Positions 1 through 9,786 of a stretch of 64,000 nucleotides of DNA are shown here, one piece after another. The notes under the pieces were generated by a model. The model was not told where the DNA came from. It saw only the letters and a list, made by a program, of their open reading frames with translations, and did not search any database. Source of the DNA: Candidatus Latescibacterota bacterium (GTDB taxonomy: Bacteria > Latescibacterota > UBA2968 > UBA8231). A program made the position numbers and the translations under genes. The stretch is taken from positions 3,072,001 through 3,136,000 of the forward strand of contig OZ244561.1 in NCBI GenBank assembly GCA_965217585.1, read 5' to 3'. Numbering within the stretch: position 1 is the first letter of the stretch; each line of letters opens with the position of its first letter.

Positions 1-220
1 GCTGGTGGTGACCCGCTAACACGGTGCCCGTCAAATCATCAAAGTCCCGAGCACAGCCGTGGCATCGGTCGCGTTGGCGATGGGGCTGCGTGTCCTCAAA
101 GCCCCGCTTGATAAGCCGAGCCGAACCACCGTGCGGACAGAAAATACCATCGGACCAGCGCACGTCGCGAACCGTTTCAAAGCATTTGGCATCATCGATG
201 AGATTTTGGATATTGACCAT
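1..220 (-). pseudogene. IS1595-family-like transposase, N-terminal zinc-ribbon part; runs off the window edge, possibly degenerate
   Basis: Manual translation from ATG at 220: MVNIQNLIDDAKCFETVRDVRWSDGIFCPHGGS...RQRDRCHGCARDFDDLTGTVLAGHHQ. The expected CPxC reads CPHG. Not in the ORF track because it is truncated. Confidence 0.7.
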
Positions 221-283
221 TGTGAAAAGCCAGATTGGAAGGCAAGGAAAAAGAGCGCACAGCACCAAGATAAGCCGTTGGGA

Positions 284-1544
284 CAGGGCAATCGCACCAA
301 AAATTGAGATTTGTCATAGGGTTATGTTATATTTTCTGTGTCTTTTTCGATAGCGCTGGTGCGCTGCTTCTCTCCCCTTCTCTTGGAACGTTTCCCCATG
401 GCACCTTCGGCTGATTCACTGATTGAACATTTTTCCCAGGTACCCGATCCCCGTATCGAGCGCAGCCAAAGGCATCGTCTCATCGATATTGTGGTCATTG
501 CCGTGTGTGGCGCGATCTGCGGGGCCGACAACTGGGTGCATATCGCTGAGTTTGGGCGATCCAAATACGACTGGCTAAAAACCTTTCTGGCGTTGCCCAA
601 TGGCATTCCTTCCCATGACACCTTCGGCCGCGTCTTCGCCCGGATCTCGCCCGAGCATTTCCAGGACTGTTTCAGTGCTTGGGTCCAATCCCTCCTCCCC
701 AAGCTTGAGGAAGAGATTGTGCCTATTGATGGCAAAACGTTGCGCCACTCTTATGACCGAACCTCGGGTAAAGCAGCCGTACATATGGTCAATGCCTGGG
801 CGGTGAAAAACCGACTGGTGTTAGGCCAGTTCCACTGTGAAGGCGGTCTGGACGAGATCACCCTCATTCCCGAACTGCTGCGTGTGCTGGCGCTCAAAGG
901 CTGCATCGTCACCGTCGATGCCATCGGCTGCCACAAAAGCGTGGCCGAACAGGTCATCGACCGGCAAGGCGACTACGTACTGGCCGTCAAGGCTAATCAG
1001 CCCAAGCTGTTGCATCATCTGCGTCAGGTCTTCGACCGAGGGGAGCCTCAACTGCATCAGGATCTATCGGTCGACATGTTTGAGACCTACGATGAAAACC
1101 ACGGCCGCATTGAGACCCGCCGGTACTGGACCACCGATCAGGTCGACGCTTTTGCCGATGGGACCGCTTGGAAGGGCTTAGGCTTGTTCGGTATGGTTGA
1201 AGCCCAGCGACAGGTAGGCGATCAAGTCTCCGTGGAACGACGCTACTATATCTCCAGCCTGGACAACGATGCCCAGCGGTTTGGTGAAGCGGTGCGTAGT
1301 CATTGGAGCATTGAAAATTCCTTGCACTGGATACTGGATGTGGTCTTCCGTGAAGATGACTCACGGGTACGCACCGGCCATGCCCCGGAAAATATGGCCC
1401 TCCTGCGACAGATTGCCGTGAGTCTGCTCCAGCAAGAGAAGACGGCCAAGGTCGGCGTCCAGACCAAACGGCTCAAGGCCGGATGGGATAACACCTATTT
1501 GGCTAAAGTATTGTCCGCTGGGCACTTTTGATGCGATTGCCCTG
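284..1544 (+). mobile_element. ISAs1-family insertion sequence, complete
   Basis: TIRs CAGGGCAATCGCACCAAAA (284-302) and TTTTGATGCGATTGCCCTG (1526-1544), 18/19 match. Perfect 10-bp TSD GCCGTTGGGA at 274-283 and 1545-1554. Confidence 0.95.
338..1531 (+). CDS. ISAs1-family DDE transposase (likely start at ATG 398)
   Basis: Motifs VPDPR, GIPSHDTF, IDGKTLR, HGRIETR and HWSIENSLHWILDVVFRED. Confidence 0.95.
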   Translation: MSFSIALVRCFSPLLLERFPMAPSADSLIEHFSQVPDPRIERSQRHRLIDIVVIAVCGAICGADNWVHIAEFGRSKYDWLKTFLALPNGIPSHDTFGRVFARISPEHFQDCFSAWVQSLLPKLEEEIVPIDGKTLRHSYDRTSGKAAVHMVNAWAVKNRLVLGQFHCEGGLDEITLIPELLRVLALKGCIVTVDAIGCHKSVAEQVIDRQGDYVLAVKANQPKLLHHLRQVFDRGEPQLHQDLSVDMFETYDENHGRIETRRYWTTDQVDAFADGTAWKGLGLFGMVEAQRQVGDQVSVERRYYISSLDNDAQRFGEAVRSHWSIENSLHWILDVVFREDDSRVRTGHAPENMALLRQIAVSLLQQEKTAKVGVQTKRLKAGWDNTYLAKVLSAGHF

Positions 1545-1594
1545 GCCGTTGGGATTACCCTTTCAAGACAACTCCCCGGAATCCATAATGAGCC

Positions 1595-1969
1595 TAAATA
1601 TTTCCCCCCACCCTATAGCCTTGGGTGTCCACGTCCATTCCTCATCAACATCGTCATCCTCGGCTCTCTGCCCTTCATCATAAAATTCCTCCCTATCGAA
1701 ATTGATCCATGGTAGGGCCACTAATGCGCCACCATTTTTATATCGGAAGATCCCTCCGACAATCCGACCACCATGGCGTGTAACTACAACTGGTCTAAAA
1801 GAATCTGATTCCTCCATATGGACATGATATTCGCTCTCATTGCCGAACTGCTGCCAGTATCCCCTCAGAAGATCTTCACCTGGATGCAGTCTCATCGAGC
1901 CCCCTTTGGATTCAACAATCTTTGTCGAAAACGGGAGCAAGTCATAGTTGGACAGAGGGCACACTCTAT
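1595..1969 (-). pseudogene. Middle fragment of an IS-disrupted low-GC hypothetical gene
   Basis: Continues in frame from the 3128-3464 fragment once IS630 is removed (STTT-NRVCPLSNYDLLPF). Cut again near 1594 by the IS1595-like element. Confidence 0.8.
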
Positions 1970-2003
1970 TAAGTAGGTGACAAAAAGTTCGTTTACACCA
2001 GGT

Positions 2004-2621
2004 TTATGACTTCAGCCAGAAATTATCAGCGTAGACGCCGGCTTTTTGCAATCGCTCCTGCGGCCTCAGTTGCCAGATATACTGGCATGCCCTATCGGCG
2101 GACTCATCGATGGAGGCGGTGGGTTGGTTGGCCAACCCGCGTCCTTTCACCCAACGCCATAAATGATCCATCGCATTCAACTCCGGGGTGGCCCGCGGTA
2201 ATAGACGAATTTCCATATTCAGGTCGGCCGCCAACCGCAAACTGCCTTCCGCTTTATGAGGCGAGCCCCGATCTTCAAAGAGGACGATCTGCCATCCGCG
2301 CCAGTGGGCGCGTATGAGACGCAGAAAAATCTGGTGGGTATCTTGCGTCCATTCCTGCGAAATCAGCAGCGCGACCTCGCCACTTTTGATGTTAAGCGCG
2401 CCGTGCAGAATCCGTTTGGCGCGCTGGCCGGTGATCGGCACCTGCACCGGTTGGCCACGGTGCCCATAACAACTATACAACGGCGGCGTTTCGGTGAGAA
2501 TGACTTCATCCAGCATGAGGATTACGGTGCGTTTCCGCGTCGCCAGCCCCTTTTTAACCCGCCTTTGGCTTGCCGCCAAGTCGGCGAGCGCAAGGACAAG
2601 GTATGCCGAGGCCGTTTCCAT
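2004..2621 (-). CDS. IS630 transposase, catalytic ORF B
   Basis: LDE, FEDRGSPH and PELNAMDHLW motifs. Overlaps ORF A at AAAAAGGGG, a probable programmed frameshift site. Confidence 0.88.
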   Translation of the reverse strand: METASAYLVLALADLAASQRRVKKGLATRKRTVILMLDEVILTETPPLYSCYGHRGQPVQVPITGQRAKRILHGALNIKSGEVALLISQEWTQDTHQIFLRLIRAHWRGWQIVLFEDRGSPHKAEGSLRLAADLNMEIRLLPRATPELNAMDHLWRWVKGRGLANQPTASIDESADRACQYIWQLRPQERLQKAGVYADNFWLKS

Positions 2622-3076
2622 TTAATATCTAATCGAACCAGCGCTTGGCGGATACTAGACACCGAAACGCAGAGGGTATGCTCTGCGTGTAGATACTGCG
2701 CCAATAACGACGCGGTCCATACCGTTGAATTGAGGCCGAAAAGACGAGGATCGTGATCGATGACTTCGTCTAGCAGGGGCTCAATCACGCCTTTTACTTT
2801 ACCCGGTCGTCCACTGCGGGGGGCGGCTTGAAGGCGCGTCGCCAGATTCGAGATCGACGATTGCTCAAACAGCCGGATCCATTTATAGATGGCTTGACGC
2901 GTAACACACAGGCGTTGAGCAACATGAGTTACCGAATCGCCCGCCGCCACCCAAAGCAGGGCTTGCGCTCGACGTAAGACCATCGCATCCGGGGTTTGGA
3001 CGACCAAAGCCTCCAACAAGCGGCGCTCGCGGCGGGGAAGGGAAAACGGAGTCATAAGCGGCCTCCGGGCATACAA
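2522..3076 (-). CDS. IS630 transposase, HTH ORF A
   Basis: HTH region, then RSGRP, WT and WKRPRH motifs typical of IS630 N-termini. Confidence 0.88.
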   Translation of the reverse strand: MYARRPLMTPFSLPRRERRLLEALVVQTPDAMVLRRAQALLWVAAGDSVTHVAQRLCVTRQAIYKWIRLFEQSSISNLATRLQAAPRSGRPGKVKGVIEPLLDEVIDHDPRLFGLNSTVWTASLLAQYLHAEHTLCVSVSSIRQALVRLDIKWKRPRHTLSLRSPTWRQAKGGLKRGWRRGNAP

Positions 3077-3127
3077 CTAAGTTTAGAGGGCAAGGGAAAA
3101 GTGTCAACGGACTTTTTGTTAACTACT

Positions 3128-3464
3128 TAGTAGTTGTGCTGATTAGATCTATGCCAGAATCTTCTTCTCCGCCGGTGTTTACGTAAACTTTTTTACGGTC
3201 ACTCATTATCATGAACACTGTCTTGCCGATTTTTTTAAAATAATTCAACTCCCTACGCCAGTGGTTTATCACTTCTTGGAGCCGAAAGGATGAAGAATCT
3301 GAAAGTCGTGGCTTGCCTTTATACTCTTGACTGGAATGGTAGTATCCAAAGTCTGGACAGAATAGAACAAAGTCAGCGTCTAAAAGCGAAGTCTTTGAAT
3401 TGAACTCGACACATTCTCCGAGTCCTCCTGGAATCTCACAGCCTACTGTCAAAATATTTTTCAT
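3128..3464 (-). pseudogene. 5' fragment of the IS-disrupted hypothetical gene downstream of the DUF1156 methylase
   Basis: MKNILTVGCEIPGG... ends at the IS630 TA site. Low GC. Confidence 0.8.
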
Positions 3465-3570
3465 TATTCTCAACCTCGTATACACTCAATCCGACGATCA
3501 CCTTTAACGAACCGAAACGGAATGCTATCATCAGCGCAGTTCTTGAAACTCACGAGGTGAAGTAAAGTAA

Positions 3571-6500
3571 TCATGACGCTTCTCCGAATTGAAGCTGCCT
3601 CTGCCTCTGTGCCTGAACACCGCCGCGAGCGGCTACGTGGTTGCTTAGGGCTTCGAGGATGGAGCGTTCGTCGGAGCCGGCGGCGGCTAGTTCGATGAGG
3701 GCTTGGAGGATTTGGTTGAACAGGGCGTTGCGCTGGAGGCCGCGGGTATCTAGGTAGTCGTCCACTTTGACTTGGTCGCCGGCGCGCCAGAGGTGCATGA
3801 GTTTGTGGACTTGGTCGATGAGGGGTACGGGGCGTCCGCCTGGGGCTTCGAGGCCGAGGTTGCGGCCCTGCCGCCGGTTATAGGGTTTGAGTTTGACTTT
3901 GGCACCGCCGCTTGTCTCTTCTGCGTCCTCGGGTGGGTCGTCCTCTTCGGGTTCGTCGCTGGCTCCTCCTTTGCCCGCTTGGGCGAGGAGGTCGTGCTGG
4001 TTGACGAGGGCGGAGTCGGAGAGGTTGCACGATAGGGCGTAGAGGATGCAGCCGCCGACGGGTGCTTCTGCCATGCCGAAGTCGTGGCGATGGAGCAGGT
4101 AGTAGGTGGTTACGTCGTCGAGGCCGGTCGCGGCTTCTTGGTCGCCGTCTTGGGTCAGCACGCGGCCGACGACGAAATCGACGACCATGCGCCGCACTTC
4201 GCGCAGGAAGGCCGAGACGGTCATTAGTTGGTTCGGGTCGTTGGCCTTTTTGACTACGGGGTGCTTGCTGAAGGCTTCGAGGGCCGGGCCGGTTGCGGCC
4301 CACACGAAGTCGGGGCCGCGGATGCCGGCGTCCCAGAAGTCGCGGAGTTGCTGGGTGATGTTGTCGCGCATTTCGTTGAGGACGGTGGTGTCCCAGCCGG
4401 GGCGAGCGGGGGGGCGCTTTTTGCAGACGATCCAGACGGAGGAGGCGAGAGCGGCCGACCCTAGTGAGCGGGTTCTGTTGCTCATCTCGGTCTGGATGGG
4501 CCACGAGCCATCGACGACGAAGCCGGCCCGAATCAGGGCAGCGATCAACGTCTCCCAAGCATTGGGATGCTTGTTGGCAAACACAACCACGAGCCGCCCG
4601 TTTGGCCCCAACGCAGCGTGACAAGAGCGGAACGATCGGGCCATGCCGTCTTCATAGTTCTGCTTGGACCGCTCTCTGTCGCCACCAAATCTACTGGCGT
4701 CGTCTATGAGCTCGCCGTCGCTGGTGCCATGATCCCATTTGGGGCCAAGGGCATCGGAGAAGACCGATTCGACCTTGGCGGACAATCCATGTGTCGATCG
4801 CCTAAGCCAGACATAGAAGAAGTCCATAAGGACGGAATAACCGATTGCATCGTAGTAAGGTGGGTCGGTTAATATCAGATCGACACTATCGGTTGGGCAG
4901 GTGATGGCCGATGCACAAATGCTCTCTCCACTCCTGGCTGAATCGACGCTTTTTTGCAGATGCTCGCAGACCTTAGAAACCCAATCAAGTGCGCCGAGGA
5001 AGTTACCAGAGGAATCTGATAACGGATTGAGTTCGGTATAATCCCAGACGATAGGCAAAGCAAATCGCCCAAAAGTATTTCTAATTACCTCTCTTCCGTT
5101 GTGCCAAGAGCAGATCGCGCTAGAGTAGTCGGCTAGTCGATCATTCACGAGTGCAAGATTTGTAATCAGTGCCTCGCGCCAACTCTCCGGCCAACCGTCA
5201 AGTTCTTGCATCAGTTTCCGAAGGATCAGAACTAACGAGCCAAGCGCCAATAGCTGCCGATTCGTGAACAACTTCCGCCAAGAAGTTTTTCCATATTGGA
5301 CACACCACGTATTTCGTTTCGCGTCCTCAATGATTGGTTCCTCCGGCAACCCAAACGGGATATCCGCATAGAGCGCCTGAAGCTGTTCCTCGGTCACTTC
5401 CGCCACCGACCGCTCATGGTCCATCGGCAAGCGGTATTCCTTACCCTTGCCCTTCGGCCCATCCACCACCACAACCGTCATCACCGCGCCCAACCGCCCA
5501 GCGCGACCTTCAAAACGGATATCCTCCATGGTCGTGATCGCGCCGCAGCACGGGCAGGTTGCGCCGGTGCGCGACATAGTGCCCGCTCCAATGCGCTTGT
5601 CGTGCTCCCGCCGCTGCGCCGCGTTGCCGCCGTTGTGCGGCACATCGCTCTGCACGCCGAACACAACGCCGATCTGGTCGGCCTTCGGCTCCATCGTCAG
5701 CAGCACGCGCTTGCGATCCTTCTTGCACAGCCAGCGCGTCTTGAGCAGCGGCAGCGTGGCGCGGCACTGTTTGCAGGTCACGATCCGCGCCCAGAGATAG
5801 GCCACCGTCGGCTTGGCGATCCAGCGCGGGTTGCGCGGGTTTTTGAGATAGGCGGCGTCGAACTCGACGTTGAGCGGATTGACCTGCGGAACTCCCGCAT
5901 CATCAACCTCTAACAGCCTCATGGGACGCGGCTCGTACTCCTCGTCCGGCTTCAGCGGCTCGAACTCAGCATAAATCGGATAGTACGCAGCCAACTCCGT
6001 GCGCGCCTTGGCCAGCACCCACCGGCCCCAAGCGCGCACGTGCCAAGCGAGATCCGCCTCAAGTATGGGATCGTCCTGTTGCAAGAGATCGAGCTGGATT
6101 TCGCCGCCATCGCCGTGGCCAAGCCGCTCCAAGAAGGTCCGCAAGCTGGCCCCCTTAAACCCCTTCGCTTTCAGGAACGCCTCCATGAATTCGCCGTCCT
6201 CCAGCGCGAACTCGGGCAACGGGCGGGTCTGACCGACGAGCTTCTGCGGATATTCGAGGGTACACTTGAGGATGAACCAAGCCACCGGATTGATGTCCAT
6301 AGCGGTCACGTCGCAGCCGAGGCGCATGGCTTCGAGCGGAATGGCACCGCCACCGGCGAACGGGTCCAGCACCTTGGGTGCCCGCCCGCCGTACGCCTTG
6401 CGAATCTCTTCGCGGAACCACGCCAGATCGGGATCATTCTCGCGCCCCCAATGGAGAATGCCGCCGACCGTCTCCTCCTTCACCTTCTCGACCACACGCC

Positions 6501-6762
6501 CACCCACCCGCTTGCGCTCAATCGTCTCGACGACGCGACCAGCCATGCGCTCCAGAATCTCCTGCCGTTGCTTGGGATCGCCGGGATCGGCAAGCAACGT
6601 CGCAATCAGCGCCGCCCGCGCCGCAGCCAGCGGTCGCCGCGCCGGCCAGATGTGCAGCGTGGAGATGTGCCCGTGCCGCACATTCTTCTCGTGGACAGAG
6701 TCGAGGGAAACCTGCTTCAGGGGGAAGGCGACTTCGATGAGGCGTTTTTGGTCAGACATCAT
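3571..6762 (-). CDS. DUF1156-family adenine-specific DNA methyltransferase
   Basis: N-terminal LIEVAFPL...LHIWPARRPLAA, SAM-binding DPFAGGG, catalytic DPPYY, two CxxC pairs. Confidence 0.92.
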   Translation of the reverse strand: MMSDQKRLIEVAFPLKQVSLDSVHEKNVRHGHISTLHIWPARRPLAAARAALIATLLADPGDPKQRQEILERMAGRVVETIERKRVGGRVVEKVKEETVGGILHWGRENDPDLAWFREEIRKAYGGRAPKVLDPFAGGGAIPLEAMRLGCDVTAMDINPVAWFILKCTLEYPQKLVGQTRPLPEFALEDGEFMEAFLKAKGFKGASLRTFLERLGHGDGGEIQLDLLQQDDPILEADLAWHVRAWGRWVLAKARTELAAYYPIYAEFEPLKPDEEYEPRPMRLLEVDDAGVPQVNPLNVEFDAAYLKNPRNPRWIAKPTVAYLWARIVTCKQCRATLPLLKTRWLCKKDRKRVLLTMEPKADQIGVVFGVQSDVPHNGGNAAQRREHDKRIGAGTMSRTGATCPCCGAITTMEDIRFEGRAGRLGAVMTVVVVDGPKGKGKEYRLPMDHERSVAEVTEEQLQALYADIPFGLPEEPIIEDAKRNTWCVQYGKTSWRKLFTNRQLLALGSLVLILRKLMQELDGWPESWREALITNLALVNDRLADYSSAICSWHNGREVIRNTFGRFALPIVWDYTELNPLSDSSGNFLGALDWVSKVCEHLQKSVDSARSGESICASAITCPTDSVDLILTDPPYYDAIGYSVLMDFFYVWLRRSTHGLSAKVESVFSDALGPKWDHGTSDGELIDDASRFGGDRERSKQNYEDGMARSFRSCHAALGPNGRLVVVFANKHPNAWETLIAALIRAGFVVDGSWPIQTEMSNRTRSLGSAALASSVWIVCKKRPPARPGWDTTVLNEMRDNITQQLRDFWDAGIRGPDFVWAATGPALEAFSKHPVVKKANDPNQLMTVSAFLREVRRMVVDFVVGRVLTQDGDQEAATGLDDVTTYYLLHRHDFGMAEAPVGGCILYALSCNLSDSALVNQHDLLAQAGKGGASDEPEEDDPPEDAEETSGGAKVKLKPYNRRQGRNLGLEAPGGRPVPLIDQVHKLMHLWRAGDQVKVDDYLDTRGLQRNALFNQILQALIELAAAGSDERSILEALSNHVAARGGVQAQRQRQLQFGEAS

Positions 6763-6808
6763 TTTGTGGATTCATCTATTTGCTCTGCGGCGGTTTGATT
6801 GGGGCAGA

Positions 6809-8527
6809 TTACTCTTGATCCTCGGTGATACCTTGGTTAAATGCTCGTTCAATGTGTTCGAGTTCGCTTACGATGTTTCTACAGACATCTTCAAAATGAG
6901 CGGCATAACTGCCGTGTTCCTGTACGGCGCGTTTAGCCAAGGCATCGGCCTCCGTGCCTCGTGCATGAGCACCTACTTTGGAGCGAATGCGTTGTATTGA
7001 ACGCAGACCATTGAGCTTTTGCGTACATCCGTTCTCAGTTTCACCAGACAGGACACGTTCTAAGAGCGACAGGCTCTTCTCGTCACGTTGCCAAGCTATC
7101 CCCAATTCGTCCAACTTCGTGCGGATGGCCTTAATTTCAAAGCCCTCGATGATAAACTGGGCCAAGTTCGTGAATGAGCGTGCCCATTCGTCTCGACTGC
7201 TCGTAAGTGGCGGAGTGACGCGCCCAACGGACGCCGGATCACGAAGCTTCCACCAAGGCACGTCCGATTTTTCCCACTGTGTAAGGATGTGCTTGATCCT
7301 AGCAAGTGGATCGGTATTCTCAACCCATTCGCCTTTGAAATCGCTCTTCAGATCGCGTTCGGATATTCCAGTTTTTGGTTTTTCATTGAAGCTCTTCCAA
7401 TACAGTTGTTCACTATACGGAAGGTTTCCGAGATAACAAATATATGCATAAACCTGTCCTGCTTCGTTCACACCGTAGTTGCGCAATGCCCATGCATCGC
7501 GGCAATCTATAGTTCTATTCTGTTCGTCAATTGAATATTTGTCGTGATCGCTCTTATATTTTGACAGAACTTCTGCATTAAAAAACGCAGGATAAGTTTC
7601 AAATGGAATAGATTTTTTATGCTCTTGGAAATAGTTCGCGGTTTTATTTGGAGCCGTTGATATGTTTGTAATGCAATCATTACGAAAATCATACGCTATA
7701 AATTCGACGTATTGTCTTTCTTGTTCTCCTTTGATCGATGCAAATATCTCGCTATTTGACCTTCTCGGTCGGATAATCTGCACTCCACGGGTATGAGCTG
7801 ATTTTCCAAGATCGAGTTTCTGCCGGAAGAAAATGTGGGTTTTCTTGATAACGTTTTCAGGAGCATAGTGCCAATTCATGTCCGCCAGTCTACCCAACGT
7901 AAAGTCGAACATTTGAACGAGAACGGATTGGGATGCAGCTAGGTACTCCTCAAGAGGTTCTCGTTTGAACGATACGAGCGATACGCCTTGAGACGTATTT
8001 TCGGCGGTAATGGATACAACGTGTTCCAATTCTCCGAGACCATCGAATCGGCAATATGCGTTCTGTTCAGGATTCCAATGAATACCTGTGATGTGCGTAT
8101 ATTCTTGGAGAACCTCGTAATACATAGATTCGTTGTTCTGGAGTTCCGCAAATTCCCGCGCAAAAATTAGCTGACGTGCTGATTCAAGCGTTTTCGTTCT
8201 GTGTATGAGGCCACTTCGTTCAATCCATACATCGTCTCTCTCACTTCCCCAAACAAAGCCTGCACAAAGGGAGCACGGATTACCATTCCAATCTAGCAAG
8301 TCGTCTTGGTCTAGGGGACAAAGATTGTCCTCATTGACGACGACTCCATGGATAAAGATATATTTACCACCTGCATAGATAATCAATTCATCTTCTTCGG
8401 CGTTGTTCTGCAGCAAAGAGAGGTGTGTACCAGCCTTAATCCAATCCGCGTACTCTTCGGGATCATCCGGTAACTTGTTGATCTGTTCTATCCGTTCAAC
8501 TAGCTTTTTATGTTCATAGCTCGGCAT
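6809..8527 (-). CDS. Low-GC hypothetical protein, possible C-terminal HEPN-like domain
   Basis: 572-aa ORF with GGAGG RBS. C-terminal helical region has RSKVGAH (Rx5H). Confidence 0.75.
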   Translation of the reverse strand: MPSYEHKKLVERIEQINKLPDDPEEYADWIKAGTHLSLLQNNAEEDELIIYAGGKYIFIHGVVVNEDNLCPLDQDDLLDWNGNPCSLCAGFVWGSERDDVWIERSGLIHRTKTLESARQLIFAREFAELQNNESMYYEVLQEYTHITGIHWNPEQNAYCRFDGLGELEHVVSITAENTSQGVSLVSFKREPLEEYLAASQSVLVQMFDFTLGRLADMNWHYAPENVIKKTHIFFRQKLDLGKSAHTRGVQIIRPRRSNSEIFASIKGEQERQYVEFIAYDFRNDCITNISTAPNKTANYFQEHKKSIPFETYPAFFNAEVLSKYKSDHDKYSIDEQNRTIDCRDAWALRNYGVNEAGQVYAYICYLGNLPYSEQLYWKSFNEKPKTGISERDLKSDFKGEWVENTDPLARIKHILTQWEKSDVPWWKLRDPASVGRVTPPLTSSRDEWARSFTNLAQFIIEGFEIKAIRTKLDELGIAWQRDEKSLSLLERVLSGETENGCTQKLNGLRSIQRIRSKVGAHARGTEADALAKRAVQEHGSYAAHFEDVCRNIVSELEHIERAFNQGITEDQE

Positions 8528-8614
8528 CTATGGTACCTCCTCGGTGCTGAAACTGGTGTCGATTATAGCCTTGATTCGCTGCACCTTCCCAGCATTATAT
8601 TCCACTACCGGCAT
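8528..8614 (-). pseudogene. Remnant of a clan AA aspartyl protease
   Basis: Manual translation MPVVEYNAGKVQRIKAIIDTSFSTEEVP*. IIDTSFS resembles the ILDTGF motif. Lies directly after a small partner gene, as the intact copy does. Confidence 0.5.
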
Positions 8615-8870
8615 GTGAGACCCCAAACCGATGTAGCGCACGATGCCCAATACGCACTAACCACGGCTGTGCATCTGGACAACGCGCAAAAAGTTGGTCA
8701 GAGGCGGCAAGTGGATCGTCCGCTACCTCAAACTCGCCCGTCTCAATATCAATCGCCACGATCCTGCCGATATTGCCCTCTTCCACCTGCGGCCTCACCC
8801 GTTGCTCATAGATCGCCTGACCACGCCGGGCGAACTCCTCTTTGCTATAACGCGGCTGTCGTACTCCCAT
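8595..8870 (-). CDS. Small DUF5678-like protein, partner of aspartyl protease (copy 2)
   Basis: 91 aa: RGQAIYE...GRIVAIDIETGEFEV...LVRIGH. Paralog of 9477-9755. Confidence 0.8.
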   Translation of the reverse strand: MGVRQPRYSKEEFARRGQAIYEQRVRPQVEEGNIGRIVAIDIETGEFEVADDPLAASDQLFARCPDAQPWLVRIGHRALHRFGVSHAGSGI

Positions 8871-8877
8871 GCTGCTC

Positions 8878-9067
8878 CTACGTTCTCGATCTCGTCCGCA
8901 GGCTCTTGAGGCGTACCGCTGGCAGCCTTTTTAGCGTCTCGTTGCGCGGGTCCACTTCGATGCCCATCGACTCGAGGGCGGTCAATCCGAGCAGCGGCTC
9001 GGTGTCTGCGTCCCCGAAAAGAACCGTGCCTCCCACGATTTCCCCCTGAGTTCGATTCGCGCAACCG
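8878..9067 (-). pseudogene. C-terminal fragment of an AF0612-like aspartyl protease, frameshifted
   Basis: GEIVGGTVLFGDADTEPLLGLTALESMGIEVDP. 8995-9067 is nearly identical to 9886-9959 but with one fewer C in a C-run. No catalytic DTG. Confidence 0.75.
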
Positions 9068-9103
9068 AACGTCGCCCGTGGCGCATGGGCCTTCGACTTC
9101 CCG

Positions 9104-9484
9104 TCACTGGGCTGGTGGAAGCGCTTCAATGATAACCTCTCCGTCGTCCAACGCATCCACAGTAACTCGACTACCCCAGAGCAGAGTCATGCCCAGCAAC
9201 GGAACACTGTCCGACTGCAGCACCAGCACATCACGGAGGCGTCCATGCCAGGACACCATGGCGAGGTAGGCCGCAAACTCAAAGAGTTCCCCATTAGCTA
9301 GCTCAAAGGTCCGTTGACCAATGGAGGTCAGTCCCAATTGACGGATGGATTCCGGAGGCAGTGTCAAATACCCAGTAAACCCGGTGTCTAGGATAACCTC
9401 CAATGACCTCGGGCGGCCTTCACCGTCTATAATGTCTATAGGAAGCAACGCCTGTTGATTCTCGCTAATCTTTCCCTTAATCAT
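9104..9484 (-). CDS. Clan AA (retropepsin-like) aspartyl protease, intact
   Basis: 126 aa from ATG 9484: ILDTGFTGYLTLP, ELANG, PLLGMTLL. Overlaps the stop of the upstream small gene. Confidence 0.88.
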   Translation of the reverse strand: MIKGKISENQQALLPIDIIDGEGRPRSLEVILDTGFTGYLTLPPESIRQLGLTSIGQRTFELANGELFEFAAYLAMVSWHGRLRDVLVLQSDSVPLLGMTLLWGSRVTVDALDDGEVIIEALPPAQ

Positions 9485-9755
9485 CGTGCTTGGGATTCCG
9501 GAAGCCACCGACGTGGCTGTATGCTGCGCGATGGCCGACGCGCACTCCGTATGTAACGGCCGACGGCCTCCGCTCCAAAAGCCGCCGCGTAGCCACCGCG
9601 TCCCCTGCGTCGATCTCATAGTCTCCGGTCTCAACGTCAATGACTACGAATTTCCCTTTCTCCGTTGGCTCAACTTTAGACTGGATCTGTTCACGATAAA
9701 TGGCTTCCCCCTGGGCTGCTATCTCCCCGGGGCCGTAAGTGCGATCTGTGCCCAT
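9477..9755 (-). CDS. Small DUF5678-like protein, partner of aspartyl protease (copy 1)
   Basis: 92 aa with AGGAG RBS: QGEAIYRE...GKFVVIDVETGDYEI...GVRVGH. Confidence 0.82.
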   Translation of the reverse strand: MGTDRTYGPGEIAAQGEAIYREQIQSKVEPTEKGKFVVIDVETGDYEIDAGDAVATRRLLERRPSAVTYGVRVGHRAAYSHVGGFRNPKHDD

Positions 9756-9786
9756 GCTGTTCTCCTTTCTCCAATCTCGCTCTCCT

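Larger units (their letters stand above)
1..1594 (-). mobile_element. IS1595-like element (left end near 1594), interrupted by ISAs1
   Basis: Removing ISAs1 and one TSD joins the transposase upstream region to 1555-1594. The putative end reads GGCTCATTATGGATTCCGGGG on the minus strand, where host-gene similarity appears to stop. The other end is outside the window. Confidence 0.55.
1972..3127 (-). mobile_element. IS630-family insertion sequence
   Basis: TA duplicated at 1970-1971 and 3128-3129. Imperfect TIRs AGTAGGTGACAAAAAGTTCGTTTACAC and AGTAGTTAACAAAAAGTCCGTTGACAC. Confidence 0.93.
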
